Positions 19,058 through 31,480 of a stretch of 50,713 nucleotides of DNA are shown in pieces. The translations under genes were made by a program, and so were the position numbers. The stretch's first letter is position 1. Every line of letters starts with the position of its first letter. The stretch lies in NCBI GenBank assembly GCA_040398885.1, contig JBBATF010000001.1. One strand, written 5' to 3'. Source of the stretch: Mycobacterium sp. GTDB taxonomy: Bacteria > Actinomycetota > Actinomycetes > Mycobacteriales > Mycobacteriaceae. Below the pieces are notes generated by a model. It had not been told where the DNA came from. It worked only from the letters and a program-made list of their open reading frames with translations, and made no database searches.

Positions 19058-20311
19058 GTGGCCGACCCCGCCGCGGTGCCGACCGCCTTCCGGTATCCGG
19101 CGGCCAAGACAGGCACCTCGCACGCCCGGCTTCGGGACTGGGTGCTGCGACTGGGCGGCGTCGACCTGTTTCCCTCCGACGCCGTCGCCGCGGCGTTCAA
19201 AGCCGGCCTGAGCGAGGGCGACCCGATCGCGGAACGTTTCGTGGCGGAGACCTACCACGGCGAACTCGGCGCGCGGAAGGCCCGCGAACTGGTGGAGCGG
19301 GCACAGCGGGTCGGGATCGACGGCTTGCCGGACGCCCCCGATTCGCTGCGCGCGCTGATCGAGGATTTCGAACGCATCCCGGACTGGGTCGACGCCGAAC
19401 TGGTCGAGCAGGGCGCGGCGGTCTGGCGCCGCTGGGCGTACGCGCTCGGCGCGGTCGGCAATGCCGGCACGATGGACACCTACACCGAAAGCTGGCTGGC
19501 ACTTCCGCTTTCGCTGTCCGGCGGTTACGCGGGAGAGCGCGCGTTGCACCGCTACATGGAGACTTCGCGATGGTGGCTGGAGGTATGCCGACCGGGTGCG
19601 GTGCTGCGGGCCGGTTCAGCGGCGCGGGCGATCTCGTTGCACGTGCGGATCATGCACGTCAGCGTGCGGGCCAGGGTGGTCGAACACCCGGAGTGGGACG
19701 CCGAGCGGTTCGGGCTGCCGATCAGCCAGTCCGCGATGATGCTGACCCTGCTCGGCGGCAGTGTCGCGCCGGCGTTGGGGCTCACCGCCCTGGGGTACAT
19801 CACCTCGCCGCATGAGACGCGCGCGGTCCTGCACTTCAATCGGTACTGCGGGCATCTGGTCGGCGTGCGGTGTGACGGCTATTTCCCGGAGACGGTGATG
19901 CAGGCCTGGCGGATTCTGTTCATGGCCGACTCCGCACGCAGTCACGACTCCGAAGCGACCGGCGCCGAACTGGTCGAGTCCTTCGTGCCGTCCTTCGCGC
20001 CCAAGCCCGGCCAGCGGGGCCTGGAACGGTTGCGGGCCCGCTACCACTACCGGGTCCAGGCCGGCTACGCCGCGCTGTTCATGCTGCCGCGGAACCGCCG
20101 CCGCTACGACCTGCCCTCGCCCGCCGTCGGTGTCGCCCTGCTGTTGGCGCGAGCGCCGTTCATCGCCGGGATCGAGGTGGCGCGGCGGGTGCTGCCGGGC
20201 GTTGACGAACGTTGGCAGCGGTTCGCGCTGCGCCGATGGCGGCGTTGGCATCAGTGGCAGTCCGGCGGTAGGGCGGCCCGGTTCCAGGCCGCCGCACCGC
20301 TGCGACGCTAG
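19058..20311 (+). CDS. MpaB/DUF2236 (Lcp-like) heme oxygenase family protein
   Basis: [22 protein letters not shown] and GLPISQ motifs. Confidence 0.82.
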   Translation: MADPAAVPTAFRYPAAKTGTSHARLRDWVLRLGGVDLFPSDAVAAAFKAGLSEGDPIAERFVAETYHGELGARKARELVERAQRVGIDGLPDAPDSLRALIEDFERIPDWVDAELVEQGAAVWRRWAYALGAVGNAGTMDTYTESWLALPLSLSGGYAGERALHRYMETSRWWLEVCRPGAVLRAGSAARAISLHVRIMHVSVRARVVEHPEWDAERFGLPISQSAMMLTLLGGSVAPALGLTALGYITSPHETRAVLHFNRYCGHLVGVRCDGYFPETVMQAWRILFMADSARSHDSEATGAELVESFVPSFAPKPGQRGLERLRARYHYRVQAGYAALFMLPRNRRRYDLPSPAVGVALLLARAPFIAGIEVARRVLPGVDERWQRFALRRWRRWHQWQSGGRAARFQAAAPLRR

Positions 20312-20340
20312 CGGCCCGGCTGCGGCTAGTCTCGAACCCG

Positions 20341-21609
20341 ATGAGCGCGCGCGCAGGAATTCTGGTCACCGGCACCGAAGTGCTGACCGGCCGGGTGGCC
20401 GACCGCAACGGACCGTGGGTGGCCGACCGGCTGCTGGAACTCGGCGTCGAACTGGCTCATATCACCATCTGCGGGGACCGTCCGGCCGATATCGAGGCGC
20501 AGTTGCGGTTTCTGCGCTCCGAGGGCGTGGACCTCATCGTGACGACCGGCGGGCTGGGACCGACCGCCGACGACATGACGGTGGCGATCGTCGCCCGGTT
20601 CTGCGATCGCGAACTGGTGCTCGACGAACCGTTGGAAGCCAAGATCGCCGGCATCGTCGAGCGCTGGATGTCTCGTTTTCCCGACGTCGACTCCGAAGCG
20701 GTTCGGGCCGCCAACCGGAAACAGGCACTGGTGCCGGACGGGGCGGCAGTGCTCGACCCGGTGGGAACCGCCCCCGGCGTGGTGGTCGCGGGCGATCCGA
20801 CGGTCGTGGTGCTGCCCGGTCCCCCGAAGGAGTTGCAGGGCATGTGGCCCGCCGCTGTGGCCACCGACGCGGTGCAACAGGCGATCGCCGGACGCACCGC
20901 CTACCGCCAGGACGTCGTCCGGATGTTCGGTGTGGCCGAGTCCGGCCTGGCCGAAACACTGCGCGCCGCAGAGCAATCCGTGTCCGACTTCGACGCTCTG
21001 GAGGTCACCACCTGCCTGCGCCGCGGGGAGTTGGAGATGGTGACCCGCTACGAACCCGACCGGGCGGAGGGCTACCGGGGCCTGATGCACCTGGTGCGGG
21101 AGCGTCACGGCGCGGCCATCTTCTCCGAGGACGGATCCACCGTGGACGATCAGGTGGCCGGACTGCTGTCGGGTCGCCGGATCGCCACCGCGGAGTCGTG
21201 CACCGCCGGCATGCTCGCCGCCCGGCTCACCGACCGGGCCGGTTCCTCGGCCTACGTGGCCGGCGGGGTGGTCGCCTACGCCAACGACGCCAAGTCCGGC
21301 GTGCTCGGGGTGGACCCGGCCCTCATCGCCGAACACGGCGCGGTCTCGGCGGAGGTGGCCGAGGCGATGGCGGCCGGAGCGTTGGGCCGGCTCGATGCCG
21401 ACACGGCCGTGGCCATCACCGGGGTGGCGGGTCCCGGCGGCGGAACAGAGGACAAGCCGGTCGGCACGGTGTGGTTCTGCGTGATGCTCGGCGACGGCAC
21501 GACCGTGACCCGTTGCGTGCGGGTGCCGGGGGAGCGGGCCGACGTGCGGGAGCGATCGACCACGGTGGCCATGCACCTGCTGCGCCGGACGCTGCTCGGC
21601 TCCGGCTAA
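20341..21609 (+). CDS. cinA: Competence/damage-inducible protein CinA
   Basis: [38 protein letters not shown] and KPVGTV motifs. Confidence 0.93.
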   Translation: MSARAGILVTGTEVLTGRVADRNGPWVADRLLELGVELAHITICGDRPADIEAQLRFLRSEGVDLIVTTGGLGPTADDMTVAIVARFCDRELVLDEPLEAKIAGIVERWMSRFPDVDSEAVRAANRKQALVPDGAAVLDPVGTAPGVVVAGDPTVVVLPGPPKELQGMWPAAVATDAVQQAIAGRTAYRQDVVRMFGVAESGLAETLRAAEQSVSDFDALEVTTCLRRGELEMVTRYEPDRAEGYRGLMHLVRERHGAAIFSEDGSTVDDQVAGLLSGRRIATAESCTAGMLAARLTDRAGSSAYVAGGVVAYANDAKSGVLGVDPALIAEHGAVSAEVAEAMAAGALGRLDADTAVAITGVAGPGGGTEDKPVGTVWFCVMLGDGTTVTRCVRVPGERADVRERSTTVAMHLLRRTLLGSG

Positions 21610-22682
21610 GCAGGGGGCAGAACGACGTACTCGGCATCGTTGCCGCCGCGGCGGCGGGCCCGGTGCATCGCGGTGGCCGCCAGGGCGATCACCTCGTCGA
21701 GCACCTCGTCGGGCGGGCGATCCGAGAGCGGCCGCAGCGGCGTGCTGACCACCCCGATGCTGGCGCTGATGCCGTGCGGGATCGCGGCCAGCGCGCCCCG
21801 GATCCGTTCGGCAAGGGGAGAGGGATCCGGCGAGGTGAACGTGTCGGCGACGAGGAACTCCGTCTCGTCGACATGAGCCAGGACCGCATCCCGGCGAACC
21901 GTGTCCCGGAGTGCCTGAGCGACGGCGATTCGGGTTCGGTCGGCGCCGCTACCGCCCTGAAGGCTGCGCAGGGCGGCGAAGCCGTCGATGCCGACGAGGA
22001 CCATCGCCAGGTAACGGTCGTCGTCCCGGTTTCGCGCCGAGAGCAGGGTAGCGGTCAGTTCGTCGAACGCAGACCTGGTCAGCAGTCCGGTGAGCGGTTC
22101 GATGTCGGCGTGCCTTCGCCCGCTCGAAGCGACCTGGGCGACGGTCCGGCAGCCGACGAGCACCGCGACGTTGATCAGAACCACCGGGGTCGTCACGGCA
22201 AGGGCGGTCGGCACGTCGATCCGGGCGATCTGGATGCTGAGCCAGAGAATCGTGCCGGCTGCGGCGGTCGCGGCGACGATCTGCAGCCTCGTGCCGTGGA
22301 AGAGTGCGGCGTAACCGAGAACGAAGGGGAACGCGGTCGCGGTCAGCAGTCCCGAGAACGGATTGATGGCGACGATGCAGCCGCCCGCCAGCAGCACGGC
22401 TCCGACGAGGACGACAACGGCGGACTGGGTGCGGGTGGGCCAGCGGTGGCGCAGCCAGGGAATGGCCAGCGCCACGCAGGCAAGTGGGATGACGGCGAGC
22501 AGGCTTCTGCCCCAGGCGATATCGCTGGCGCGAGGGTTTGCGGCCGCCAGCAGCGCGGGCAGGCCCAGGATGAGAATGCAGCCCGCGACCAGGCGCATCG
22601 TGGTCCGCTGGTGGCCGCCGGCGGTCAGACGCGAGGTGATCGCGTAGTACTGGTCGGGCACCGCGCCGGTGAGAATCCTCAC
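21606..22682 (-). CDS. Membrane protein with degenerate GGDEF domain
   Basis: About 6 TM segments, [14 protein letters not shown]; active-site position reads VDETEF; GTGA overlap with upstream gene. Confidence 0.78.
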   Translation of the reverse strand: MRILTGAVPDQYYAITSRLTAGGHQRTTMRLVAGCILILGLPALLAAANPRASDIAWGRSLLAVIPLACVALAIPWLRHRWPTRTQSAVVVLVGAVLLAGGCIVAINPFSGLLTATAFPFVLGYAALFHGTRLQIVAATAAAGTILWLSIQIARIDVPTALAVTTPVVLINVAVLVGCRTVAQVASSGRRHADIEPLTGLLTRSAFDELTATLLSARNRDDDRYLAMVLVGIDGFAALRSLQGGSGADRTRIAVAQALRDTVRRDAVLAHVDETEFLVADTFTSPDPSPLAERIRGALAAIPHGISASIGVVSTPLRPLSDRPPDEVLDEVIALAATAMHRARRRGGNDAEYVVLPPA

Positions 22683-23395
22683 CGCGCCGCCCGGTGTACC
22701 GATACCGCCCGGTGTACCGATACCGCCCGGTGTACCGGTACCGCCCGGTGTACCGATACCGCGTAGTCGCCACCTTCGAAGGGCTGCCGGTCCCAGGTCG
22801 CGAACCGGGCCACCGGTCTCAGGCCTGCCGCTGCGGCCAGGTCGTCGTACTGCCCCAGCGACAGCCGGTCCGGTCGCAGAGCGAAACCGGCGACCAGCAG
22901 GCCGCCGTCGCCCAGTCGGCCCGCGAGGTGGGCGAGCGCCCGGCCCTCGGTGCCGGGTTCCAGGAAGATGACCACGTTGCCGGCCAGCAGCACGAGATCG
23001 ACCGGCGGGGCGTCCGGGTCGCCGGGCTCGGACACGTCGGCTTGGATCCAGGTGAGGTCGGGGGCCTTGGCGCGGGCGGTGGCCAGCATCGCGGCGTCGG
23101 CGTCGATCCCGGTGACGTCGAAACCGCGGCGGGCGAGTTCGATTGCGACCCGGCCGGTTCCGCAACCGGCGTCGAGGATGCTGTGCCCACCCGGCTCCCT
23201 GTGCCCACCCGGCTCCCTGTGCCCACCCGGCTCCCTGTGCCCACCCGGTTCCCTGTGCCCACCTGGTTCCCTGAGCAGCGCCTCGACCAGATCCGCCTCG
23301 CCGTGGATGTTCTGCCCGCTGTCCGCCAGGGATCGCCAGCGGGCGTCGTAGTCGTCGCCACGCGGTATGCCGGCGCGGTTCCAGCGGGTGCTCAT
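22679..23395 (-). CDS. Class I SAM-dependent methyltransferase
   Basis: ILDAGCGTG motif I, AGNV. Confidence 0.88.
   Translation of the reverse strand: MSTRWNRAGIPRGDDYDARWRSLADSGQNIHGEADLVEALLREPGGHREPGGHREPGGHREPGGHREPGGHSILDAGCGTGRVAIELARRGFDVTGIDADAAMLATARAKAPDLTWIQADVSEPGDPDAPPVDLVLLAGNVVIFLEPGTEGRALAHLAGRLGDGGLLVAGFALRPDRLSLGQYDDLAAAAGLRPVARFATWDRQPFEGGDYAVSVHRAVPVHRAVSVHRAVSVHRAAR
22687..22762. repeat. 18-bp tandem repeat x4 (encodes AVSVHR)
   Basis: ccgcccggtgtaccgata at 22687, 22705, 22723 (variant) and 22741. Confidence 0.95.
23181..23273. repeat. 18-bp tandem repeat x5 (encodes REPGGH)
   Basis: ctgtgcccacccggctcc at 23181, 23199, 23217, 23235 and 23253 (last two are variants). 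Confidence 0.95.
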
Positions 23396-23414
23396 CTCGG
23401 TGATCCTCCCACCG

Positions 23415-24161
23415 TCAGGGCGTCAGCACGATGGTCAGGTGGTCGCCGTCCCGTTCGACCCGCATCCCGGCCCGGCGGGCGACGGTCGCCACCCCGGCGG
23501 CGTCGTCAGGCTCTGCGGCCGCCGATGCGAGCGCTCGGGCCAGCCGCCCTTTGTGGGCCTTGTTGGAGTGGCTCACGGTGGTGCGACGTCCGTCGGGCTG
23601 CTCGGTCACCACGTCGGCCCGGACGGCGCCCGCGAGCCGGCCCAGCCCCACGTACGCGCCGGAGCGCAGGTCCACCACCAGTTCGCCGGCGGCCAGTTCG
23701 GTCAGCAGCGGCTCGAGGACCGGTCGCCAGCGGCCGGCCAGCGCGGGCCGGCCGGGCAGCCGGGAGCCTGCCGACAGCCGGTAGGCCGGGATGCGATCGT
23801 CGGCGCGGAGCAGGCCGAACAGCGCCGAGCCGACCGCGAGCCGGGACCGCGCCCGTGCGGCGGCGGCCCCGCTCAGCGTCCCGAAATCCAGCGCGTCGTA
23901 GAGCACGCCGGTGTAGCGGTGCAGCGCCGGCAGCGACGGCGCGGCCCGCAGGGCGGCGTTGCGCTCGATCTCGGTGTCCTGGGCGGCCGAGATGCCCAGT
24001 GCCCGTCGGCATTCCGGCGGATCGGCGGCAAGGGCGACCAGCTCGTCGACCAACTCCCCGCGCACATCCCCCAGCTCAGGCCAGGCGAGCGCATCCAGCT
24101 TCAGCGGCGGACCGTCGCCCCCGCCGCGTTTGGTCTCCGATGGTGGCAGCAGCACGATCAC
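23415..24161 (-). CDS. yaaA: Peroxide stress protein YaaA (DUF328)
   Basis: LLPPSETK, RYTGVLYDAL, SALFG...YRL and NKAHKGRLAR motifs. Confidence 0.85.
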   Translation of the reverse strand: MIVLLPPSETKRGGGDGPPLKLDALAWPELGDVRGELVDELVALAADPPECRRALGISAAQDTEIERNAALRAAPSLPALHRYTGVLYDALDFGTLSGAAAARARSRLAVGSALFGLLRADDRIPAYRLSAGSRLPGRPALAGRWRPVLEPLLTELAAGELVVDLRSGAYVGLGRLAGAVRADVVTEQPDGRRTTVSHSNKAHKGRLARALASAAAEPDDAAGVATVARRAGMRVERDGDHLTIVLTP

Positions 24162-24177
24162 GACGCAGACGCTAACG

Positions 24178-24909
24178 TCAGGGCGCGCCGAAGCCGGCGT
24201 CGGCCAGCACCCGCCGGCCGGCGGCGCCGGTGACCAGTTCGACGAATCGCTTCGCCCGCGCCGGGTCCCGGGCGTCCTTGAGCACCGCGACCTGGTAGGT
24301 GTTGACCGCGCCGGCGGATTCCGGAAAGTCCACCGCGGTGACTTCGTCTGCCGCGGCGCGGGCGTCGGTCAGGTAAACCAGGCCGGCCTCGGTCTGTCCG
24401 CTGGTGACCTTGTTGAGAACGTCGGCGACGGAGGACTCCTCGCTGACCGGCCGCAGTCGCACGCCGGTCTGGGACTGCAGCCGCGACACCGCGGAACCGC
24501 AGGGGACCGCCGGTGCGCAAGTCACCACCGAAACCCCGGTGAGGTCCCGAAATGACTTGACTCCCTTCGGGTTTCCCGGCGCGACGGCGATAACGAGGCG
24601 ATTGGAGGCGAACGAGAGGGCCGGACCCGCGAGCAGTCCCGCGCGACCGGCCTTGTCCATCGTGGGGACATCCGCGGTGGCCAACACATCGGCCGCCGCG
24701 CCGTGGGTGAGCTGGGTGAGCAGATCCGCCGAACCGGCGAAGGACAACTCGACCGCGGCCCGTGCACCGGCGCCGGTGAAAACACCGCCGAGTGCGGTGA
24801 AGGCGTCGGTCAGCGAGGAGGCCGCGAAGACGACCAACGCGGGTTGGGACCCGGACTGGCATCCGATCGCCGAGAGCAGGACGGCGAGCAGTGCCGCGAG
24901 CCTGGTCAA
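24178..24909 (-). CDS. modA: Molybdate ABC transporter substrate-binding lipoprotein
   Basis: Lipobox-like SAIGC, FAASSL, FAGS, VPCG, GLVYLTD; TTG start inferred. Confidence 0.85.
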   Translation of the reverse strand: MTRLAALLAVLLSAIGCQSGSQPALVVFAASSLTDAFTALGGVFTGAGARAAVELSFAGSADLLTQLTHGAAADVLATADVPTMDKAGRAGLLAGPALSFASNRLVIAVAPGNPKGVKSFRDLTGVSVVTCAPAVPCGSAVSRLQSQTGVRLRPVSEESSVADVLNKVTSGQTEAGLVYLTDARAAADEVTAVDFPESAGAVNTYQVAVLKDARDPARAKRFVELVTGAAGRRVLADAGFGAP

Positions 24910-24910
24910 C

Positions 24911-25414
24911 TCAGTACGGCGGCAGTCGGCCGTTGCCGGACTGGGCGGCGAGGCCGTTGAGGATATCGAGGCTGTGTCGGAACTGCTGCTGCGAAAGCCA
25001 GGGCGGGTTCTGGTTCGGTGGCGCACCGCCGGACAACTGCCACGGCTGGCACCCGTTGGTTTTGAACGCGACGTCGGTGGGGGCGATCGCGACCAGCTGG
25101 GGCTGTTTGGACAGCGCGTTCTCGACGGTCGCGTTGTCCGGGCCGATCCGGCGCCAGTAGCAGGTGCCGCCGGGCAGCGGACCGCCCGAGGTATAAACGC
25201 CCGGCTGGATCTGGGACCCGACGGCGAAGGTGCCGTCATGGTCCACCGCCGGCGGGCCGGGCGGGGGAGCGGCACCGGCCGCGGCGTGGTCGGGTCCCGG
25301 CGCCGGGGGTGGTGGAGGTGGCGTGGTCGTGGGATCTGCAGAGGAGACAGCGGCGCCGGAAATGCAGCAGCCGACCGTCAACGCGGCTATCGCCGCCGCC
25401 GTCCTAGCGCGCAC
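24911..25414 (-). CDS. Secreted Pro-rich protein (Rv1906c-like)
   Basis: Signal peptide, DGTFAVG..IQPGVY...CYW...FKTNGCQPW. Confidence 0.8.
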   Translation of the reverse strand: MRARTAAAIAALTVGCCISGAAVSSADPTTTPPPPPPAPGPDHAAAGAAPPPGPPAVDHDGTFAVGSQIQPGVYTSGGPLPGGTCYWRRIGPDNATVENALSKQPQLVAIAPTDVAFKTNGCQPWQLSGGAPPNQNPPWLSQQQFRHSLDILNGLAAQSGNGRLPPY

Positions 25415-25439
25415 GGACTCGAGGGTACCCGCGTCCGGG

Positions 25440-25874
25440 TCAGGCGGTCCGGCGCAGCAGTGGCAGCAGGAAACGACGCCGAAGCAGGATCGCCTCGTCG
25501 AACTGATGCTCCGCCGCGGCGACCGATTCGATGACGGGCAGCCCGGCGAAGTCGATGCGGGAGCGCAACCGGCGCTCCGCCGCCTGACCGGGCACCAGTG
25601 CCCAGTCCACGCCGACCAGGGCGCAGCGCGCGTCGACGTCGTCGATCAGCCGGTGAGCGCGGGGAGTGAAGCCGGTGACCTCGCTCAGGTCCAGGACCAG
25701 ACGGCTGTCGGTCGTGATGAACCGGGTGACGTAGTCGCTGACCCGGGCGATGTTCGCGGCGTCGACGCGCCCGCGGACCGAGACGACCGTGGCCCCGTGC
25801 CGGCGGAAGGCCCACATGTGGGCTCCCTTGTAGTCGACTGCGGGGTTGCCGTAGCGGGAGGTGAAGGTGGTCAT
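25440..25874 (-). CDS. STAS-domain anti-sigma-factor antagonist (Rv1904-like)
   Basis: VVSVRGRVDAAN and LVLDLSEV motifs; GGGGAG RBS. Confidence 0.8.
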   Translation of the reverse strand: MTTFTSRYGNPAVDYKGAHMWAFRRHGATVVSVRGRVDAANIARVSDYVTRFITTDSRLVLDLSEVTGFTPRAHRLIDDVDARCALVGVDWALVPGQAAERRLRSRIDFAGLPVIESVAAAEHQFDEAILLRRRFLLPLLRRTA

Positions 25875-26158
25875 TGGTGGCTCCCCTCGAGTCGAATTCC
25901 GGTCGACGCAGCGACGCGGCTTATGGTCTCGACCGTATGGCGCAAATGTAAGGAACCTGAGAGCGGTCTATAAATCTCTGGTGAGAAAGGGTTTTCCCGC
26001 TACCCGCTTTCCGATCCCGCAAACCTGTAGACCGGGCCGTTCGCCGACCGGCGCGGTCTTACGCAATTCTGACCCCGCACCGGCCACGGTGTCGCCGGAC
26101 CGACTTTCTCAATAGTCTCGGCAACGTCGGCTTCACGTTCACCTGGAGGGTTTTTCGA

Positions 26159-26665
26159 ATGAGAACACTGACTCGCGGGCTGCTCAGGACGCTGGCTCTG
26201 GTGCTGGCCCTGACCGCCCTGACCTTCGGGGTCGGCAGGCCGGCGACCGCCCGGGCCGCCGATCTCAACTTCACCGGCACCACGCTGAGCGGGGCAACCT
26301 TCGACGGCAACAGTCTGGCCGGCAAGCCTGCCGTGCTGTGGTTCTGGACCCCGTGGTGCCCGTTCTGCAACCAGGAGGCGCCCCGCGTGGCCGCCGTGGC
26401 CGCCGCCAACCCCGGGGTGGCCTTCGTCGGGGTCTCGACGCGCGCCGACAACGCCGCCATGCAGAACTTCGTCGCGAAATACGGGTTGAACTTCACCAAC
26501 ATCAACGACGCCGACGGGTCGATCTGGGCGAGGTTCAACGTGCCGTGGCAGCCCGCCTACGTGTTCCTGCGCCCGGACGGATCCTCGACCTTCGTCAACA
26601 ACCCGGTCTCGGCGATGTCGCAGCAGGAACTCTCCGACCGGGTGCGCGCGCTGACCACGGGGTGA
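26159..26665 (+). CDS. mpt53: Secreted thiol-disulfide oxidoreductase Mpt53/DsbE
   Basis: WFWTPWCPFCN and VPWQPAYVF motifs; signal peptide. Confidence 0.88.
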   Translation: MRTLTRGLLRTLALVLALTALTFGVGRPATARAADLNFTGTTLSGATFDGNSLAGKPAVLWFWTPWCPFCNQEAPRVAAVAAANPGVAFVGVSTRADNAAMQNFVAKYGLNFTNINDADGSIWARFNVPWQPAYVFLRPDGSSTFVNNPVSAMSQQELSDRVRALTTG

Positions 26666-27522
26666 ACACCCAACTGCTCGGATTGGCCTTCGCCGCCGGC
26701 CTGGTCGCGGCGTTCAACCCGTGCGGGTTCGCCATGTTGCCGGCCTACCTGGCACTGGTGGTGCAACGACAGGGCGACGGCCGACCGGCCGCGGTGACCC
26801 GTGCGCTGGTGGCCGCGGCGGTGATGGCGCTGGGATTCGTGGTCGTCTTCGGCGTATTCGGTCTGCTGACGGTGTCGGTCGCCTCGACCGTCCAGCGCTA
26901 CCTGCCCTACGGGACGATCGTGATCGGGATATCCTTTGCCGCACTGGGCATTTGGATTCTCACCGGGCGTTCCCTGCCGGGGTGGTCGCTGGGCAGGGGC
27001 CCGCGGTGGGCGCCGACGGACCGGCTGGGGTCGATGTTCGGCTACGGGGTCGGCTATGCGCTGGCGTCGCTGTCCTGCACCGTCGGCCCGTTCCTGGCGG
27101 TCACCGGAAGCGGGCTGCGCAGCGGGTCGCCGGCCGCGGCGATGGGTGTCTATCTGGCCTACGCCGCGGGGATCGCCGTGGTGGTCGGCGCACTGGCGGT
27201 CGCGGTGGCACTGGCCAGCACCACGGCGATCGACCGGATGCGCCGGGTGCTGCCCCACGTCACCCGGGCGGGCGGGGCGGTGCTGCTCGCCGCGGGCCTC
27301 TACGTCGCCTACTACGGCTGGTACGAGCTGTCGCTGTTCGGCGGTGGCGGGGCGGGCGCCGATCCGGTGATCGCCGCGGCGGGCCGGGTTCAGGGCGCGC
27401 TGGCCGGCTGGGTGTACCGGTCGGGCGGGTGGCCGTGGCTGTTGGCTTTGGTGACGTTGACCGTCGCCGCCCTGGCCGGCGGGGCGCGGCGGCGTCGGCG
27501 GCGACACCTCGCCCGCGACTAG
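26662..27522 (+). CDS. CcdA/DsbD-like membrane protein
   Basis: NPCGFAMLPAY and ASLSCT motifs; GTGA overlap with mpt53. Confidence 0.85.
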   Translation: MNTQLLGLAFAAGLVAAFNPCGFAMLPAYLALVVQRQGDGRPAAVTRALVAAAVMALGFVVVFGVFGLLTVSVASTVQRYLPYGTIVIGISFAALGIWILTGRSLPGWSLGRGPRWAPTDRLGSMFGYGVGYALASLSCTVGPFLAVTGSGLRSGSPAAAMGVYLAYAAGIAVVVGALAVAVALASTTAIDRMRRVLPHVTRAGGAVLLAAGLYVAYYGWYELSLFGGGGAGADPVIAAAGRVQGALAGWVYRSGGWPWLLALVTLTVAALAGGARRRRRRHLARD

Positions 27523-27532
27523 ACTCGCCGCC

Positions 27533-27811
27533 ATGACACATTCGGTGCGTCGATGGGCGGTCCGGGGTGCGGCTGTCGCGGCACTGGCCGGAGCTCCCGC
27601 AGCCCTGGTCACCATCGCTCCCAGTGGGACGGCCGCGGCCGACGTGTGCGCCAGCGCGGGCCGGCGCGTCTCGGTCGGCGGTTGCGCCAACTTGTCCGAG
27701 GTGATGGCCCCGTGGGTGACACCCCAGGACGCCTACGCCCCGATCACCCCGAACGCCAGCGCGTGCGTGGGCTGGAACGGGCGCTGGGTCGACGCCAACA
27801 CCTGCCGGTAG
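27533..27811 (+). CDS. Small secreted 4-Cys protein
   Basis: Signal peptide, DVCASAGRRVSVGGC; TAGACT -10 element 7 nt before ATG. Confidence 0.75.
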   Translation: MTHSVRRWAVRGAAVAALAGAPAALVTIAPSGTAAADVCASAGRRVSVGGCANLSEVMAPWVTPQDAYAPITPNASACVGWNGRWVDANTCR

Positions 27812-27823
27812 CGGGTCCCGACG

Positions 27824-27864
27824 AGGAAACCCCCGCGGAAAACCTCATTCCGCGGGGGTTTCCT
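27824..27864. terminator. Bidirectional terminator hairpin between convergent genes
   Basis: Perfect 17-bp stem aggaaacccccgcggaa / ttccgcgggggtttcct with 7-nt loop. Confidence 0.85.
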
Positions 27865-27878
27865 TCGTTCGGAAGGAC

Positions 27879-30517
<2,639 letters not shown>

Positions 30518-30524
30518 GAAATTT

Positions 30525-30554
30525 ACCCTAATGCTTTTCTGGATCAGGTCAAGA
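30525..30554 (-). promoter_or_regulatory. furA leaderless promoter with FurA operator
   Basis: TTGACC-N16-TAGGGT-N7-ATG; TCTTGACCTGATCCAGAAAAG resembles the mycobacterial FurA site TCTTGACTGATTCCAGAAAAG. Confidence 0.75.
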
Positions 30555-30589
30555 TCATCCGGCGGGCCCGATCGCCTAGGGTGTGGAAC

Positions 30590-31480
30590 GTGCTCAACAC
30601 GGTGGCCTTCGAACTGGTGCCCGCGAACGTCGACCGCTCCGCCGAGGAGCGGGTCGAGGAGGCCCGCAAGATGGTGCGCTTCGCCGCCCAGACCGGCGTG
30701 CGCGTCGGCCACGTGATGATCCCCGGGATGATCGACGAGGACGCCGACCGACCGGTGGAGATGAAGCCCAAACTCGACGTCCTGGACTACTGGAACCTGG
30801 TCTCCCCGGAGATGCCCGGCGTGCGGGGTTTGTGCACGCAGGTGACGTCGTTCTCCGACGAGCCCACCCTGCGTCGTCGGATCGGTGATCTCACCGCGGC
30901 CGGAATCGAGGGCATCGCCTTCGTCGGGGTGCCGCGCACCATGAACGACGGCGAGGGCGCCGGGGTGCCGCCCACCGACGCCCTGGAGATCTACCGGGAT
31001 CTGCTGCCCAACCGCGGCGTGGTGATGATCCCCACCCGCGACAGCGAGGCCGGCCGGTTCAACTTCAAGTGCGACAAGGGCGCCACCTACGCGCTGACCC
31101 AACTGCTGTACTCCGACGCCATCGTCGGGTTCCTGCGCGACTTCGCCCGCGACAGCGACCACCGCCCGGAGATCCTGCTGTCGTTCGGGTTCGTGCCGAA
31201 GATGGAAAGCCGCGTCGGACTGATCAACTGGCTCATCCAGGACCCCGGCAACCCGGTGGTGGCCGCCGAGCAGGAGTTCGTCCGGACGCTGGCCGCCGGC
31301 GAACCCGCCGTCAAGCGCCGGTTGCTGCTCGACCTGTACAAGCGGGTGATCGACGGGGTGGCCGACCTGGGCTTCCCGCTTTCCGTCCACCTGGAGGCCG
31401 CCTACGGGCCGTCGGCACCGGCGTTCGAGACCTTCGCCGAGTTGCTCGACTACTGGTCGCCTGCGTCTGTGTCCGGATGA
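30590..31480 (+). CDS. Mycobacterial-type methylenetetrahydrofolate reductase (Rv2172c-like)
   Basis: LNTVAFELVP, GLCTQVT, TQLLYSD and WLIQDPGN motifs; TAGGGT -10 element 7 nt before GTG. Confidence 0.85.
   Translation: MLNTVAFELVPANVDRSAEERVEEARKMVRFAAQTGVRVGHVMIPGMIDEDADRPVEMKPKLDVLDYWNLVSPEMPGVRGLCTQVTSFSDEPTLRRRIGDLTAAGIEGIAFVGVPRTMNDGEGAGVPPTDALEIYRDLLPNRGVVMIPTRDSEAGRFNFKCDKGATYALTQLLYSDAIVGFLRDFARDSDHRPEILLSFGFVPKMESRVGLINWLIQDPGNPVVAAEQEFVRTLAAGEPAVKRRLLLDLYKRVIDGVADLGFPLSVHLEAAYGPSAPAFETFAELLDYWSPASVSG

Noticed and set aside
22687-23273. Short repeats as a CRISPR array (also 14048-14226 and 43206-43251)
   Set aside because: Head-to-tail coding repeats, or only two copies, with no unique spacers and no cas genes
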